Positions 40,942 through 51,641 of a DNA stretch of 64,000 bases are shown in pieces (within the stretch, counting starts at the first letter, position 1; the number at the start of each line of letters is the position of its first letter). Source of the stretch: Psammoneis japonica (lineage: Eukaryota); the NCBI GenBank assembly GCA_008632985.1, contig QPGO01000006.1, positions 1 through 64,000 of the forward strand, in the 5' to 3' direction. Below the pieces are notes generated by a model. The model did no database searches. It had not been told where the DNA came from and saw only the letters and a list, made by a program, of their open reading frames with translations. Position numbers and translations under genes: made by a program.

Positions 40942-42479
40942 ATGACTTCTGTTATTGAATTCGGTCAATGGATTGGCAACAAGAACGTTGCCAGTCTCGA
41001 TTCTGCCACCATTGATGTGGAGAATCCGACGAATGAATCCATTATTGGAAAGGTTCCCGCCGGCTGTGCGGCCGACGCGGAAGCAGCGTTGAAACTCGCC
41101 AAGCAAGCTCAACCCGCCTGGGCCAAGACACCGTCGAGTGAACGAGCCAAGGTATTGAAGGGACTGGCATCCATTATTCGAGAGAACCGCGAGGAACTCA
41201 TTGAGCAACTCATTGCCGAACAAGCCAAGGTAGCCGGACTTGCGGCTGTCGAAATTGACGTGACGGCGGATTACTTTGATTACTATGCCGGATTGGCGTA
41301 TTCCTACGAGGGCGAGATTATTCAATCGTCCAATGCCGGCGAAAACATTTATCTTCATCAAGCACCCATTGGAGTGAGCGTCGGTATTTGTCCATGGAAC
41401 TTTCCCTTCTTTGTCATGGCTCGCAAGCTGGCTCCGGCTCTTTTGGTGGGATGCACTGTGGTTTGCAAGTCTTCAGAATTGACTCCGCTCACCTCCTTTC
41501 GATTTGCCGCACACGTATCCAAGGCGATTGAAGCCGGCAAACTCGAAATGGCACCCGGTATCTTTTCCATTGTCACGGGCTACGGTGCCACCATTGGTGA
41601 AGCACTCTGCACCAGTCCCATTGCCAATATCATTTCCATGACGGGATCCGTCGCGACCGGACAGCACATTATGAAGAATGCGGCTTCCAATATGACCAAG
41701 GTCAATTTGGAACTTGGCGGTAAGGCTCCCGCCATTGTCATGGAGGATGCCGACTTGGACAAGGCGGTCGATGCCATTGTCGCGTCGCGAGTCATTTATT
41801 CCGGACAAGTTTGCAATTGTGCCGAGCGTTGTTACGTACAAGAGTCTGTCTATGATGCCTTTGTCGAAAAGCTTGTGGCCAAAATGAAGGCCAGCAAGGT
41901 TGGAAAGCCACACGACTCTCCGGATTTTTGCAGTCTTATTTCCAAGGCACACCGTGAAAAGGTACAGGGCATGGTGGAACGTGCGGTTGAGGCGGGAGCG
42001 GAGGTTCTTTGTGGAGGAAACGTCATGGATGGACCTGGGTGAGTAATGTCAATACCAAGAGTTGTTCGTATCTCGTAAGGGGTCATTCTTAGCAACTGTA
42101 ATTCTTTATACTTTTATGTCGCAGGTATTGCTATGAGCCAACCGTATTGGCTAATGTTGCTCAGGATTCCGAAGTGATGCAAAAGGAAATCTTTGGCCCG
42201 GTGCTCCCCGTTATGAAATTCTCCACCTATGACGAAGCCCTCGAATTGGCCAATGATTGCGAATACGGCTTGGCGTCGTCTCTCTTTACCGAAAATTACC
42301 GCTTGATTGAGCGTGCCCGCACCGAGTTGCTCTTTGGAGAAACGTATATCAATCGCTTTCACTTTGAAGCTATTCAGGGATTTCATGCCGGATGGAGAAA
42401 GTCCGGTGTCGGTGGTACCGATGGAAAGCATGGCCTCTTGGAGTACTTGGCCACCAAGGTTGTTTACGTGCAGTCTTAG
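40942..42479 (+). CDS. aldA: NAD-dependent aldehyde dehydrogenase, AldA (lactaldehyde dehydrogenase)-like, 2 exons (40942-42038, 42125-42479)
   Basis: ICPWNFPF, MTGSVATG, LELGGKAP, GQVCNCAER, EIFGPVLP and the AldA-type C-terminus FGETYINRFHFEAIQGFHAGWRKSGVGGTDGKHGLLEYL. In-frame intron 42039-42124. Confidence 0.93.
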
Positions 42480-42785
42480 ACTATTTGACTTGTTGGACTC
42501 GCTGATGTGCTCAGAAGTTACGTGTTATTCCATGCAATATATAGTTTAAAGTAGTTTCGCAGTAGCTATTGTAGTTCAACATTTTAGTTTAGATACAAAG
42601 CACGCCAGGAGAACAACCTTTACGAATCATTTTTTAGATTTTGCATGTGCGTTCTTATAGACTACTAGACGTGTTGGACTTGCAGGCTAGCAAGACATGC
42701 TGAATGAAGCCTGTGTTCAGAAGTTACGTATTATTCCATACAAGATAGCACGCAAGGCGGAGAACAACCTTTACGACTCATTACT
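42480..42785 (+). repeat. Imperfect tandem duplication between convergent genes (about 42480-42632 and 42661-42785)
   Basis: tgttggact...tcagaagttacgt.ttattccat.caa...ggagaacaacctttacga occurs twice. Confidence 0.75.
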
Positions 42786-43251
42786 CATTATTTAGAAAAT
42801 CGATAACATTCTTAGGTTCTTCCTGAATCAATTTCAACAGCGGACCAAAGAGTTTATCCGGCTGCATCCGCTGTATTTGTTTCAGTTCTTCCCAGCTATA
42901 CGACCACCACCCTTCACACTTTTCTGGCTCCATGTTCTCGGGTATTCCGGTACATGTTGCCATTAGAAAGACCGTCACATAGTGTTTGCCTTCGCTCTCC
43001 ATAACATCATTCGTCACATGCCCATACTCGATTTTGGTGAGACTCAAATTCATTTCCTCCTTGACCTCACGACTTGCACACTGTTCCCACGATTCCATCA
43101 TTTCCAAGTGACCTCCCGGTAGAGCGAGTGTTCCAGCTCCATGAGAGCCACGGCGTATTCCGGCAAACACTCTGTTGCGAGTCGTAGGATCTTTAACCAA
43201 CACACCGACTCCGACTCGAACATGCTTTTGTTGCTTCGTTGTGGCCGTCAT
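42781..43251 (-). CDS. Nudix hydrolase, NUDT15/MTH2-like
   Basis: RVGVGV, RRGSHGAGTLALPGGHLEMMESWEQCASREVKEE (Nudix box), HYVTVF and NMEPEKCEGW. Confidence 0.92.
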   Translation of the reverse strand: MTATTKQQKHVRVGVGVLVKDPTTRNRVFAGIRRGSHGAGTLALPGGHLEMMESWEQCASREVKEEMNLSLTKIEYGHVTNDVMESEGKHYVTVFLMATCTGIPENMEPEKCEGWWSYSWEELKQIQRMQPDKLFGPLLKLIQEEPKNVIDFLNNE

Positions 43252-43620
43252 GTGATTGCACGCTGTCTATGTCCTCAATACAGATAAGAACGAAGACACG
43301 TTGATTCTTGAAAGCTGTACGCAAAAGAACAATCTCACCAACAAAACGCAACACTCAACACCGCAGAAACGCCATGGCGGCGAGCAGTCTCACGGCGGTC
43401 GCGTCAGCGTGCAGAAGTGCAGACCGCGTCGTCGAGCGCGTAAAACGACCGCGCGGGGATTCAAAATTCGAAATTGAAAAATTCGCGGTTTGAACCGTTG
43501 AGTAGTGGTTGCTTGAGTCGAAACTTCTACGGTCAATGCAAACAATGCATCAAACGCTCTCTTCCACACATCAAATAGTGTCTTGCAGCCATCTATTTGC
43601 TCTGCAAAGATTGCCAACAG

Positions 43621-46198
43621 ATGAATTCTGGTAGCAGAAACATGCCGCATGCACTGCTGCTGTTGATCCTCTTGGTGGTATTCTGTCCAGCAATCATACA
43701 CGCCCAAGCACCATGTACCTTGAACTGCGACCTTTTATTCGGACAAGACTGCCGTACTATAGAAAACAAAACTATCCGAGATTGTGACGTCCAGTGCGTC
43801 GGCGAAGCTTGCGACGGCCTCACCTTCATCAGGTGTCAGGTTTCGGGCAGCAACATGCGGGCAAAGGAGTACCGTGTTCAACCGTGATTTGCACGTCCTG
43901 TTTAGGAGGAGAGTTTCATGACAGTATGGTACCTGTACCTCTTGTACGCGCAATTTACTCAACAAGACCTGGAGCTGTCCATGCCCAGGTTTTGGCGATC
44001 CGACGTTACCTGCACAGATTGCAGGCAATCAATTTTTATGACTCTACGGTGAACTGCAATAATTGTGACCAAAACTCCTATTTTCGAAGTCATGTAACGT
44101 GGAACCAAGGACGACTCGATGGCCTGTCATCAAACAATCAAATGTACCAATCGCAAGTTGAATGTGCCGTTCCGCCTCGTCCGAATCAGGCAGGGATCTG
44201 CGGCAGTTTCCAGGGCGTATGTAGCTGCTGTCGTGGAGAGGGTTGCTTGGCTACTAGCGTAAAGTATCCTCTCTGCGAGCAAGAGGATTTTGCGAGCAAA
44301 TTCAAGTGCAGAGTCGGGTCTAACTTGCGAGGATCGACGCAATCCGTTTTGTACCCGTGAAATTCCCAACAACGGCGAACGTCTCGGCGCCAACTGGGGC
44401 GAGCCTCATATTGACACCATGGACGGCCTTGCCTATGAGTGCCATGTTCCTGGCGAACATATTTTGCTACGCAGTGAAAACAGGGAGATCCATGGACTCT
44501 TTGAGGTAGTAAGCGACGAGCTGCCTTTGACCATCACCACTGCCTTGGGGGTAACAAGCCCGCTTCTTGCTTCATCTCCGAAAAAATTCCAAATGTACAT
44601 TAGTAGCGACCCTCAAGAAAAGCTGATACGATCGAAGTGGGAGGTTGCAGCATATCGATGTATGAGAATTTTTTTCAACGCAACGAGGGATATTTTGATC
44701 TAAGCGGTTATTTGGATATTCGCATTCTTCCAGATTTGAATGAGATTCGGCTAAATTTCCCGTCGCTGGGTGTCTTTATGTTCCTTTATGTGGAGAAATA
44801 CATTGGCATTTGCTATTTCTCGGTCTTCACCAAACTCTTTGGTACCTACAACCATGGAAACTTGGAAGGTTTACTTGGTAACGCTAATTTCGACGTCGTT
44901 GATGACTGGAAGAACGTGACTACGGGCGAAACCATTCCTCTTCCTGACGCTGAGGGTCTACTCACTCAAGCGGCATACGACTACTGTGCGCAATGGTGTG
45001 TCACGGAAAAGGGTGATTCCCTGTTTGAAGGTCGCTACTCTAGCTCAGCAAGCTGGAATGAGATACAACGGTGCTCAACCCCTTACGTCAATTCATTTCC
45101 GTCCGATGGTCGCCGTCTGCTTGATAATTGTGTTGATTCTGCGGAGATTCAATTAATTTGTCAAGGGGATATTTCCTGTTTGATGGATGGGTGTGCATTA
45201 GGAGGAGAAGCTGCACGGGCCCATTTTGTACGCAAGGCGCAACTGATGCAAATGAGAGCGGAACTCGTGCCCGGCCCAAGCCGTCTAGAGCCGTCGGGAA
45301 CGCCATCTATAACACCATCATGGCAATCGTCATCCAAGCCGTCGGTGTTGCCATCAAGTACACCATCATTACTGCCATCGTTTTTGCCATCGGTATTTCC
45401 ATCAAGCATGCCATCAGACGTGCCGTCACCTAGGCCATCGTTGTCTCCGTCAACCAGGCCTTCTTTGATGCCGTCAGCCATTCCATCTGGCAGCCCAAGC
45501 TCCGTTCCATCCTTTGAGCCAACTCTCGAGGCGTCTCCATTCCCGACTGACCATCCAAATGGATCCAGTCTAGGGCCAAGTGTAGCACCAACTTTCCATC
45601 CCACCTCAATCCCAAGCACACTTCCGACATTGGAGCCCAGCATGTCTCAGAGTGAGAAGCCAAGCATGGAGCCAAGTTTTAAATCCCTTGAGCCAAGTCT
45701 CATGCCATCGCAATTCCCAACTGTTCATAAAAGTAAAAACCTGGAATGGTTCCAAGCTGGAGGTCACGTTCAGGGTCAGGATCAGCGCCAACTGCTAAAA
45801 ATCCTTTGATCCCGAGTGACAGTATGGCCAAGGAACCCCTAGAGGCTCCACGTAGAAGGCAAAGTTTAGAGCCGACAGCGGAGCTATCGTTCATCCGGTC
45901 TGGTGACGGACCAGTCTCTGAGCCAAGCCCCATCCCCAGTATTGTAGTATCTGTTCACCCAAGAAAGAAGCCCACCATGGCTGAAAGTTTCGCCCCAAGT
46001 GTAGGGCAAACCTCAAGCCCTGTCGACATGTCGATCTCTGATCCAACCTACGAATCTAGCTCATCGCCGAGCACTGGACAGAGTTTGAGCCCAAGCTCCG
46101 AAACTCGTTCCGCACCATCTTCAACGGGTGCAGCGGGAGGATTCTCTTGCTTGGCCATCGTCTTTGTTGTTGTTGTCATTCTCATATCGGGACCATAG
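43621..46198 (+). pseudogene. Secreted Cys-rich / VWD-domain protein with Pro-Ser repeats and C-terminal hydrophobic tail, broken by several frameshifts
   Basis: Signal peptide; NWGEPHIDTMDGLAYECHVPGEHILLRS (VWD start); GLLGNAN; PSxx repeats. Five consecutive ORFs in different frames. Confidence 0.65.
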
Positions 46199-46284
46199 GT
46201 ATTCCAGCAGCTCCAGCGAGTCTCTTGTAGGGTGTTATTGTGGGGAACAAACTCTTGTGAACCTGAAAAGCGAGCCTGTGTTTT

Positions 46285-47312
46285 CGAGTCGTCATATCAA
46301 GAGACTGGACTACATCGATCGAAATACATGGTAAATGACGCAGCCTTTCTCAAACAGTAGAACTACAATGCTCTGGGCTACTTCTTGGGGGTATCCGTCG
46401 CAGCAACATCGGTTCCGCAACTTCCAACCTCAAAGCTAGACTACTAGAGAGTAGAGAGTAGCTCTAGCTGGTAGTAGGCTTAGTCTACTAGAGAGTAGCT
46501 ACGTTCTCCAACCCTCACTCCACGTCTGACTCATCCGACCAAAAACGAATGAATGTTTTCGGCCATAGTGTATCAGAAGAGTGTACTTTTTGTGTGGTAT
46601 CTAAAGTATTTGTTCTTTACAATACTTGTATACACTTAACTTTTGGCAAACTTGAGGCAATCGTGGTGATGAGCATCGTTTAGACACTTAGTCCAACAGA
46701 AACTGAGTACCCAACAAGTTTAAGAAGTGACTTGAGCGCATTAGCGGAGACTCCGACCCCATCAGATCGTTGTTTCAGCAGGTGCCACCGTTCAAGAGTG
46801 CCTTCGATAGTACCAGGCTCCGCTTAAGATTGGCTAATGTCTTTACCTTACAGTCCGTTGGGAGACTGTCAAACGTGGCAACAAAAGCGGTGTCTTCGTC
46901 TTCGGTTTCGTTAAGACGCTGCTGGCGCTTGTTGTTGCGCTGCGGTTTTCGGCCGAATCATCATCCGGCGGCAACTTACGAGTCGTCATCAAGAGACTGG
47001 ACTAGGTCAATCGAAATAAAGGATGATTGATGCTGCCTTTTCTCAAACAGTAACTACAATGCTCAGCTCTCACACTTTTGGGGGGTATCGCCAAGGTATT
47101 ACCGGTATCGCCACAATGATGAGAGAATGCATGATGCGTCGCGCTACTGTGGATTAGCAGGTTTGACTCATCCGACCTTAATCGAAGGAACTCAGTTCCA
47201 GTATCAGAAGAGAGTAGTTTGTGTGTTAAATATACTATTCGTTCTTTAATAATAGTATTCTTCACTTTCGGCAAACTGAGTGCAATCGTGGCCATGAGCA
47301 TGGTTTAGACAC
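46285..47312. repeat. Diverged local duplication (about 46285-46690 and 46980-47312) flanking a copy of 51238-51364
   Basis: Shared caagagactggacta, ttctcaaacagta, tgactcatccgacc and ggcaaact.g..gcaatcgtgg..atgagcat.gtttagacac. 46702-46830 is nearly identical to 51238-51364. Confidence 0.8.
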
Positions 47313-47475
47313 AGGAATTTGACTATATACATAGACAGATGTTTTTTAAATAGAACGGACGTCAAACCAGCACGGATTCCTTCTGCTCTCAGCTCGATGC
47401 TCGATCCACGCTGATCAGAGCACAAATCGTCTCACTTTCTCTGTTGTTGTGATCGATAGAGCAAGTATTGTCACC

Positions 47476-49336
47476 ATGACTCCTTACCTTCTCTTCGCTA
47501 TGCTCAAGATCGCCATTATGGCTGTTCTTGTTGCTTCTATTGGCATGGAAATCCCTCTCGCTTTGTTCGGCGTCTTCGTTTTGACGAAGAGCTTGTGTCA
47601 TGTATCCTACCCAAAGTGCGAGCTCCATATATAGATGAGATGCCGTCATACTGCCTGACGGTTACCGGTAAGCCTCTTTACCATCTCGCTCGCTCAGTGG
47701 GCACTTTAATGTCTTAACCATTGAATCAACTAGTACATCGCCTACGTGGACATATCACCACACGCGACATCCTCCTTACTAGTGACTTCAATGTTCTTCG
47801 TTCACAACGATCCTCCTCGTTCCTATGTCAAGTCGGTTGCTCTGAGATTCCTGATTCCTAAGTCAGAGAACCGGTCTGTACACCGCTCCTTCTCATCCCT
47901 TCGAACAGAAAGTCTCTTTCGAGTTTCGAACCTTCGACCTCTTTTGACTTCACCGCCAATCAGAACTTTCAGCTGCTCAGACCTCGTCTTGCATCCGCTG
48001 TGCCAGGAAGCTATGTAGGAATCTCACCATGTCATGTATCCTACCCAAAGTGCGAGCTCCATATATAGATGAGATGCCGTCATACTGCCTGACGGTTACC
48101 GGTAAGCCTCTTTACCATCTCGCTCGCTCAGTGGGCACTTTAATGTCTTAACCATTGAATCAACTAGTACATCGCCTACGTGGACATATCACCACACGCG
48201 ACATCCTCCTTACTAGTGACTTCAATGTTCTTCGTTCACAACGATCCTCCTCGTTCCTATGTCAAGTCGGTTGCTCTGAGATTCCTGATTCCTAAGTCAG
48301 AGAACCGGTCTGTACACCGCTCCTTCTCATCCCTTCGAACAGAAAGTCTCTTTCGAGTTTCGAACCTTCGACCTCTTTTGACTTCACCGCCAATCAGAAC
48401 TTTCAGCTGCTCAGACCTCGTCTTGCATCCGCTGTGCCAGGAAGCTATGTAGGAATCTCACCATGTCATGTATCCTACCCAAAGTGCGAGCTCCATATAT
48501 AGATGAGATGCCGTCATACTGCCTGACGGTTACCGGTAAGCCTCTTTACCATCTCGCTCGCTCAGTGGGCACTTTAATGTCTTAACCATTGAATCAACTA
48601 GTACATCGCCTACGTGGACATATCACCACACGCGACAAGCTTGGCCGTCCTTGTTTTCTTGATTTTCCGACGCGTCGTTTTGAAAATCTCAAAAGTAAAA
48701 GCGTTCTTCATGAAGGGTCTATCCATTCGCCTTCCCACCCTTTCTACCGTTCATGCCGTCATCCGAGTTTGGTTTTTGAAGAAGACTCGTGCGACCATTC
48801 ACCTTCCCGTCCTTTCTACCGTTTATGCCGTCATCCGAGGTTGGTTTTTGAAAGAGAATCTTACGACCAAGCTCCAACGTGAACGCAAAATCGAAGTATT
48901 GAATCGCCACCTCAAGCTCCAGGAGGAACTTCGACAGTATGGCAGCACTTCTCTTCAAGGAATGGTGAATCGTCTCAAGCTCCAACGTGAACGCAAAATC
49001 GAAGTATTGAATCGCCACCTCAAGCTTCAGGAGGAACTTCGACAGTATGGCAGCACTTCTCTTCAAGGAATGGTGAATCGTCTCAAGCTCCAACGTGAAC
49101 GCAAAATCGAAGTATTGAATCGCCACCTCAAGCTCCAGGAGGAACTTCGACAGTATGGCAGCACTTCTCTTCAAGGAATGGCAAATCGTATCAAGCTCCA
49201 ACGTGGACTCAGGGAAGTCGCGGCGAAAAAGATCCAGAATGCATTTCGAAACCACGTTCAGGCAAAGGAGGCCGCTAAGGAAATGGAAACCAAAATGCTT
49301 GAGCTCGTGCAGAAGATGCAGGCCTTGAAACTGTAA
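47476..49336 (+). pseudogene. Membrane-anchored coiled-coil/IQ-motif ORF interrupted by a TRIM insertion
   Basis: Removing 47596-48643 restores the frame ...VLTKSL|AVLVFLIF... Contains 3 x 108-bp repeats (starting 48869, 48977, 49085) and an IQ-like AAKKIQNAFRNH. Confidence 0.75.
47596..48637 (-). mobile_element. Tandem TRIM: three 174-bp LTRs and two 260-bp internal regions, 6-bp TSD AGCTTG
   Basis: LTRs at 47596-47769, 48030-48203 and 48464-48637, each TGT...ACA. TSD at 47590-47595 and 48638-48643. On the minus strand a PBS-like TGGTGAGATTCC follows the LTR and a PPT-like AGTAAGGAGGA precedes it. Confidence 0.92.
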
Positions 49337-50106
49337 AGATTTAGGAGAACGTGCGGTCAGCGGGTATCATCTGGTACCCGACTCGTTGTGGTGGTGCTAC
49401 TTCTATATGAGTAAGCAAAAAGCCATCGAGTAGCTGATTTGACACTTTGACACCGAAGATTTGCAGGGACGAGGGAGCGAAAGACACCTTCCAGAATTAT
49501 ATGTAACGTTAGAATTATGCACAATTAAAGACAATCGACACGTTCCATTTAGAAGTATTTGTGTAGGCACAGTAGTCCAGATCAACATTGTTTTATCATT
49601 GCCGGTTCGCTATAGTATATCCTTTATAGTCCACCCGAACCACGGAAGATCAATTGCTACTACATTGTAACTAAAATGGTTCTCACAGAAACTGCCGCGA
49701 TAAAATCCTCGCAATAAACCGACCACGTATCCCAGCGCTGCACCAAATGTAAAGATTACGAGTCAATGATTCCAACAGCTCTTGTGTTTGGCCGCGCATA
49801 TCACCTCCTCCAAGCGCAACTCCGAGCGTACCATCACGTGCTGATTTAACTCCCTTGATGCCGGCTGCCGGAAAGTGCGAGTGTTGTGTTCCAGCCACCA
49901 AGGTCACGAGATGAGTGGTCCTCTGACTAGGAATCCTACCGTGGCCCCAATCAATGCACCAACCGGTGATAACAACTTTCTGCCTCTCTGCTTCTGCCCA
50001 ATACAGACTCTTTTTACGTCACGACTAAAAGATGGGTTTCCGCGACTGAGAATCGAAAATTCAAATCTTTTGGCGAATGCCGAGAAAGCTATTTGTTCAT
50101 TCCAGT

Positions 50107-51641
50107 TCATGCTTTGCCCATGGAATGCCACTGAGCCGCGTATATGCCCTTTTGTGGACCAACCTTGAGTAAATCATGGTGCGCACCCGTCTCCGCAATC
50201 GCTCCGTCCTTGATAACAGCGACTTTGTCTGAAAGCCGTCCTGTTGCCCACTTGTGAGAAGACAAGATTATCGTAGCACCCGTTTGTCGTAGTGCAGCTA
50301 GGAATCTGGCCTCTTCTGCTTCTGACATTGATGCTGTTACATCATCGAGAATCAATATAGATCCCAACAAACATTGTCAACCGAATTGTGTGATTTGGCT
50401 TGGTTGTCATTGTCGTATATAGCCTGAGCTAGAACTTCGGTGAGCAGAACTTTTGACCACTCTGAAGGAGACAATGCACTAGCCGGCAGTCGCAGTGCTG
50501 ACGGCTGTAGCTCATCCTCGTTTGCAGAGACGACTGTCGAGAGTCTTGAAAGAAGCCGCGGCAGTAGCGAAGTTCGAAACGCCAGTAATCTGAATACGCA
50601 CAAAACAATTGGCGCGATACTTGAGAATTACCGTGAAATCATCTCACCCTGGAAACAATACAAGTACTAACCTTCATAGCGAGGGCCATGGCGCTGCGTT
50701 CGCGACCTCCTGGGCTGTGAGGTTCGGCCATGCTGCGCCCGTTGTCGAAAGGCTCTAGTATCTCTTCGAGAGTGAGCCCTGACATTAACTCGGCACGATC
50801 AGTGACAGTGCGGACGTCTATTAAAGACACTCCAAGACGCTTCTTCAACTGGGTCCTGTCCCATTTTACTACGTCGATGCCGCCGACACTTAACGAGCCT
50901 CGGACTTTTGTCGTTGATTGAGATCGCTTCGGAGGTCGGACCACGGCCTCCACCAGCGCTTTCAACAAACGGGTCTTTCCGGAGCCATCATTTCCGAGCA
51001 ACACTAGCACTTCTCCATTACGGCATGAGATGAAGAGTATTGTACAATGAGCTTACGGGAGGGAGGACGGCACCAACATGCAACAAGCTCCTTAGGGCGT
51101 TCCACACGAGCCACCAGCTGAAAAAGAGAAGAACGGACAGATTCACCAACGTTGAATCGAGTCCGGGTAGAGATGACTGGGACATGCCAAGCACCACATA
51201 AAGTAACAGCGGGGTCGCAAGTAGCAATCCAGTAGAAACTGAGTACCCCACAAGTTTAAGAAGTGACTTGAGCGAACTAGCTGAGACTCCGAGCCCATCC
51301 GATCGTTGCTTCAGCAGGTGCCACCGTTCAAGAGTGCCTTCACTAGTACCAGGCTCCGCTTGAAGACTCAACCTTGACGCGCTGGAAACACCCAGCTTGT
51401 TCAGATTCTCGGTGCTGCTGGCTAGCAGCGATGCGGCAGGCTTCGTCCTCCATGTCATCGTCGTCAGTAGAGTCCGTTGCAGTTTCAAATACGTCCTTCT
51501 TTGTAATACCCAATCAGGAAACCGAGACACTAACAACAGGGCAACAACTACCGATATCTGGAAATGAAGTTTCTTCGGGGGCTCTTTCAGAAAGCTACTC
51601 GCGTTTTCGATTCCGAAGAAAGGCAAGATTGTATCTCTCAA
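50107..51641 (-). pseudogene. ABC-transporter-like ATPase gene remnant
   Basis: Walker A LLGNDGSGKTRLL, degenerate signature LSPSEWSKVLL, Walker B ILILDDVTASM, H-loop LSSHK and GIYAAQW. Frameshifts, and an apparent internal deletion near 51020. Confidence 0.75.

Noticed and set aside
47746..48452. Two identical 90-aa ORFs
   Set aside because: They are non-ATG frames within the TRIM repeat unit, with no protein motif.
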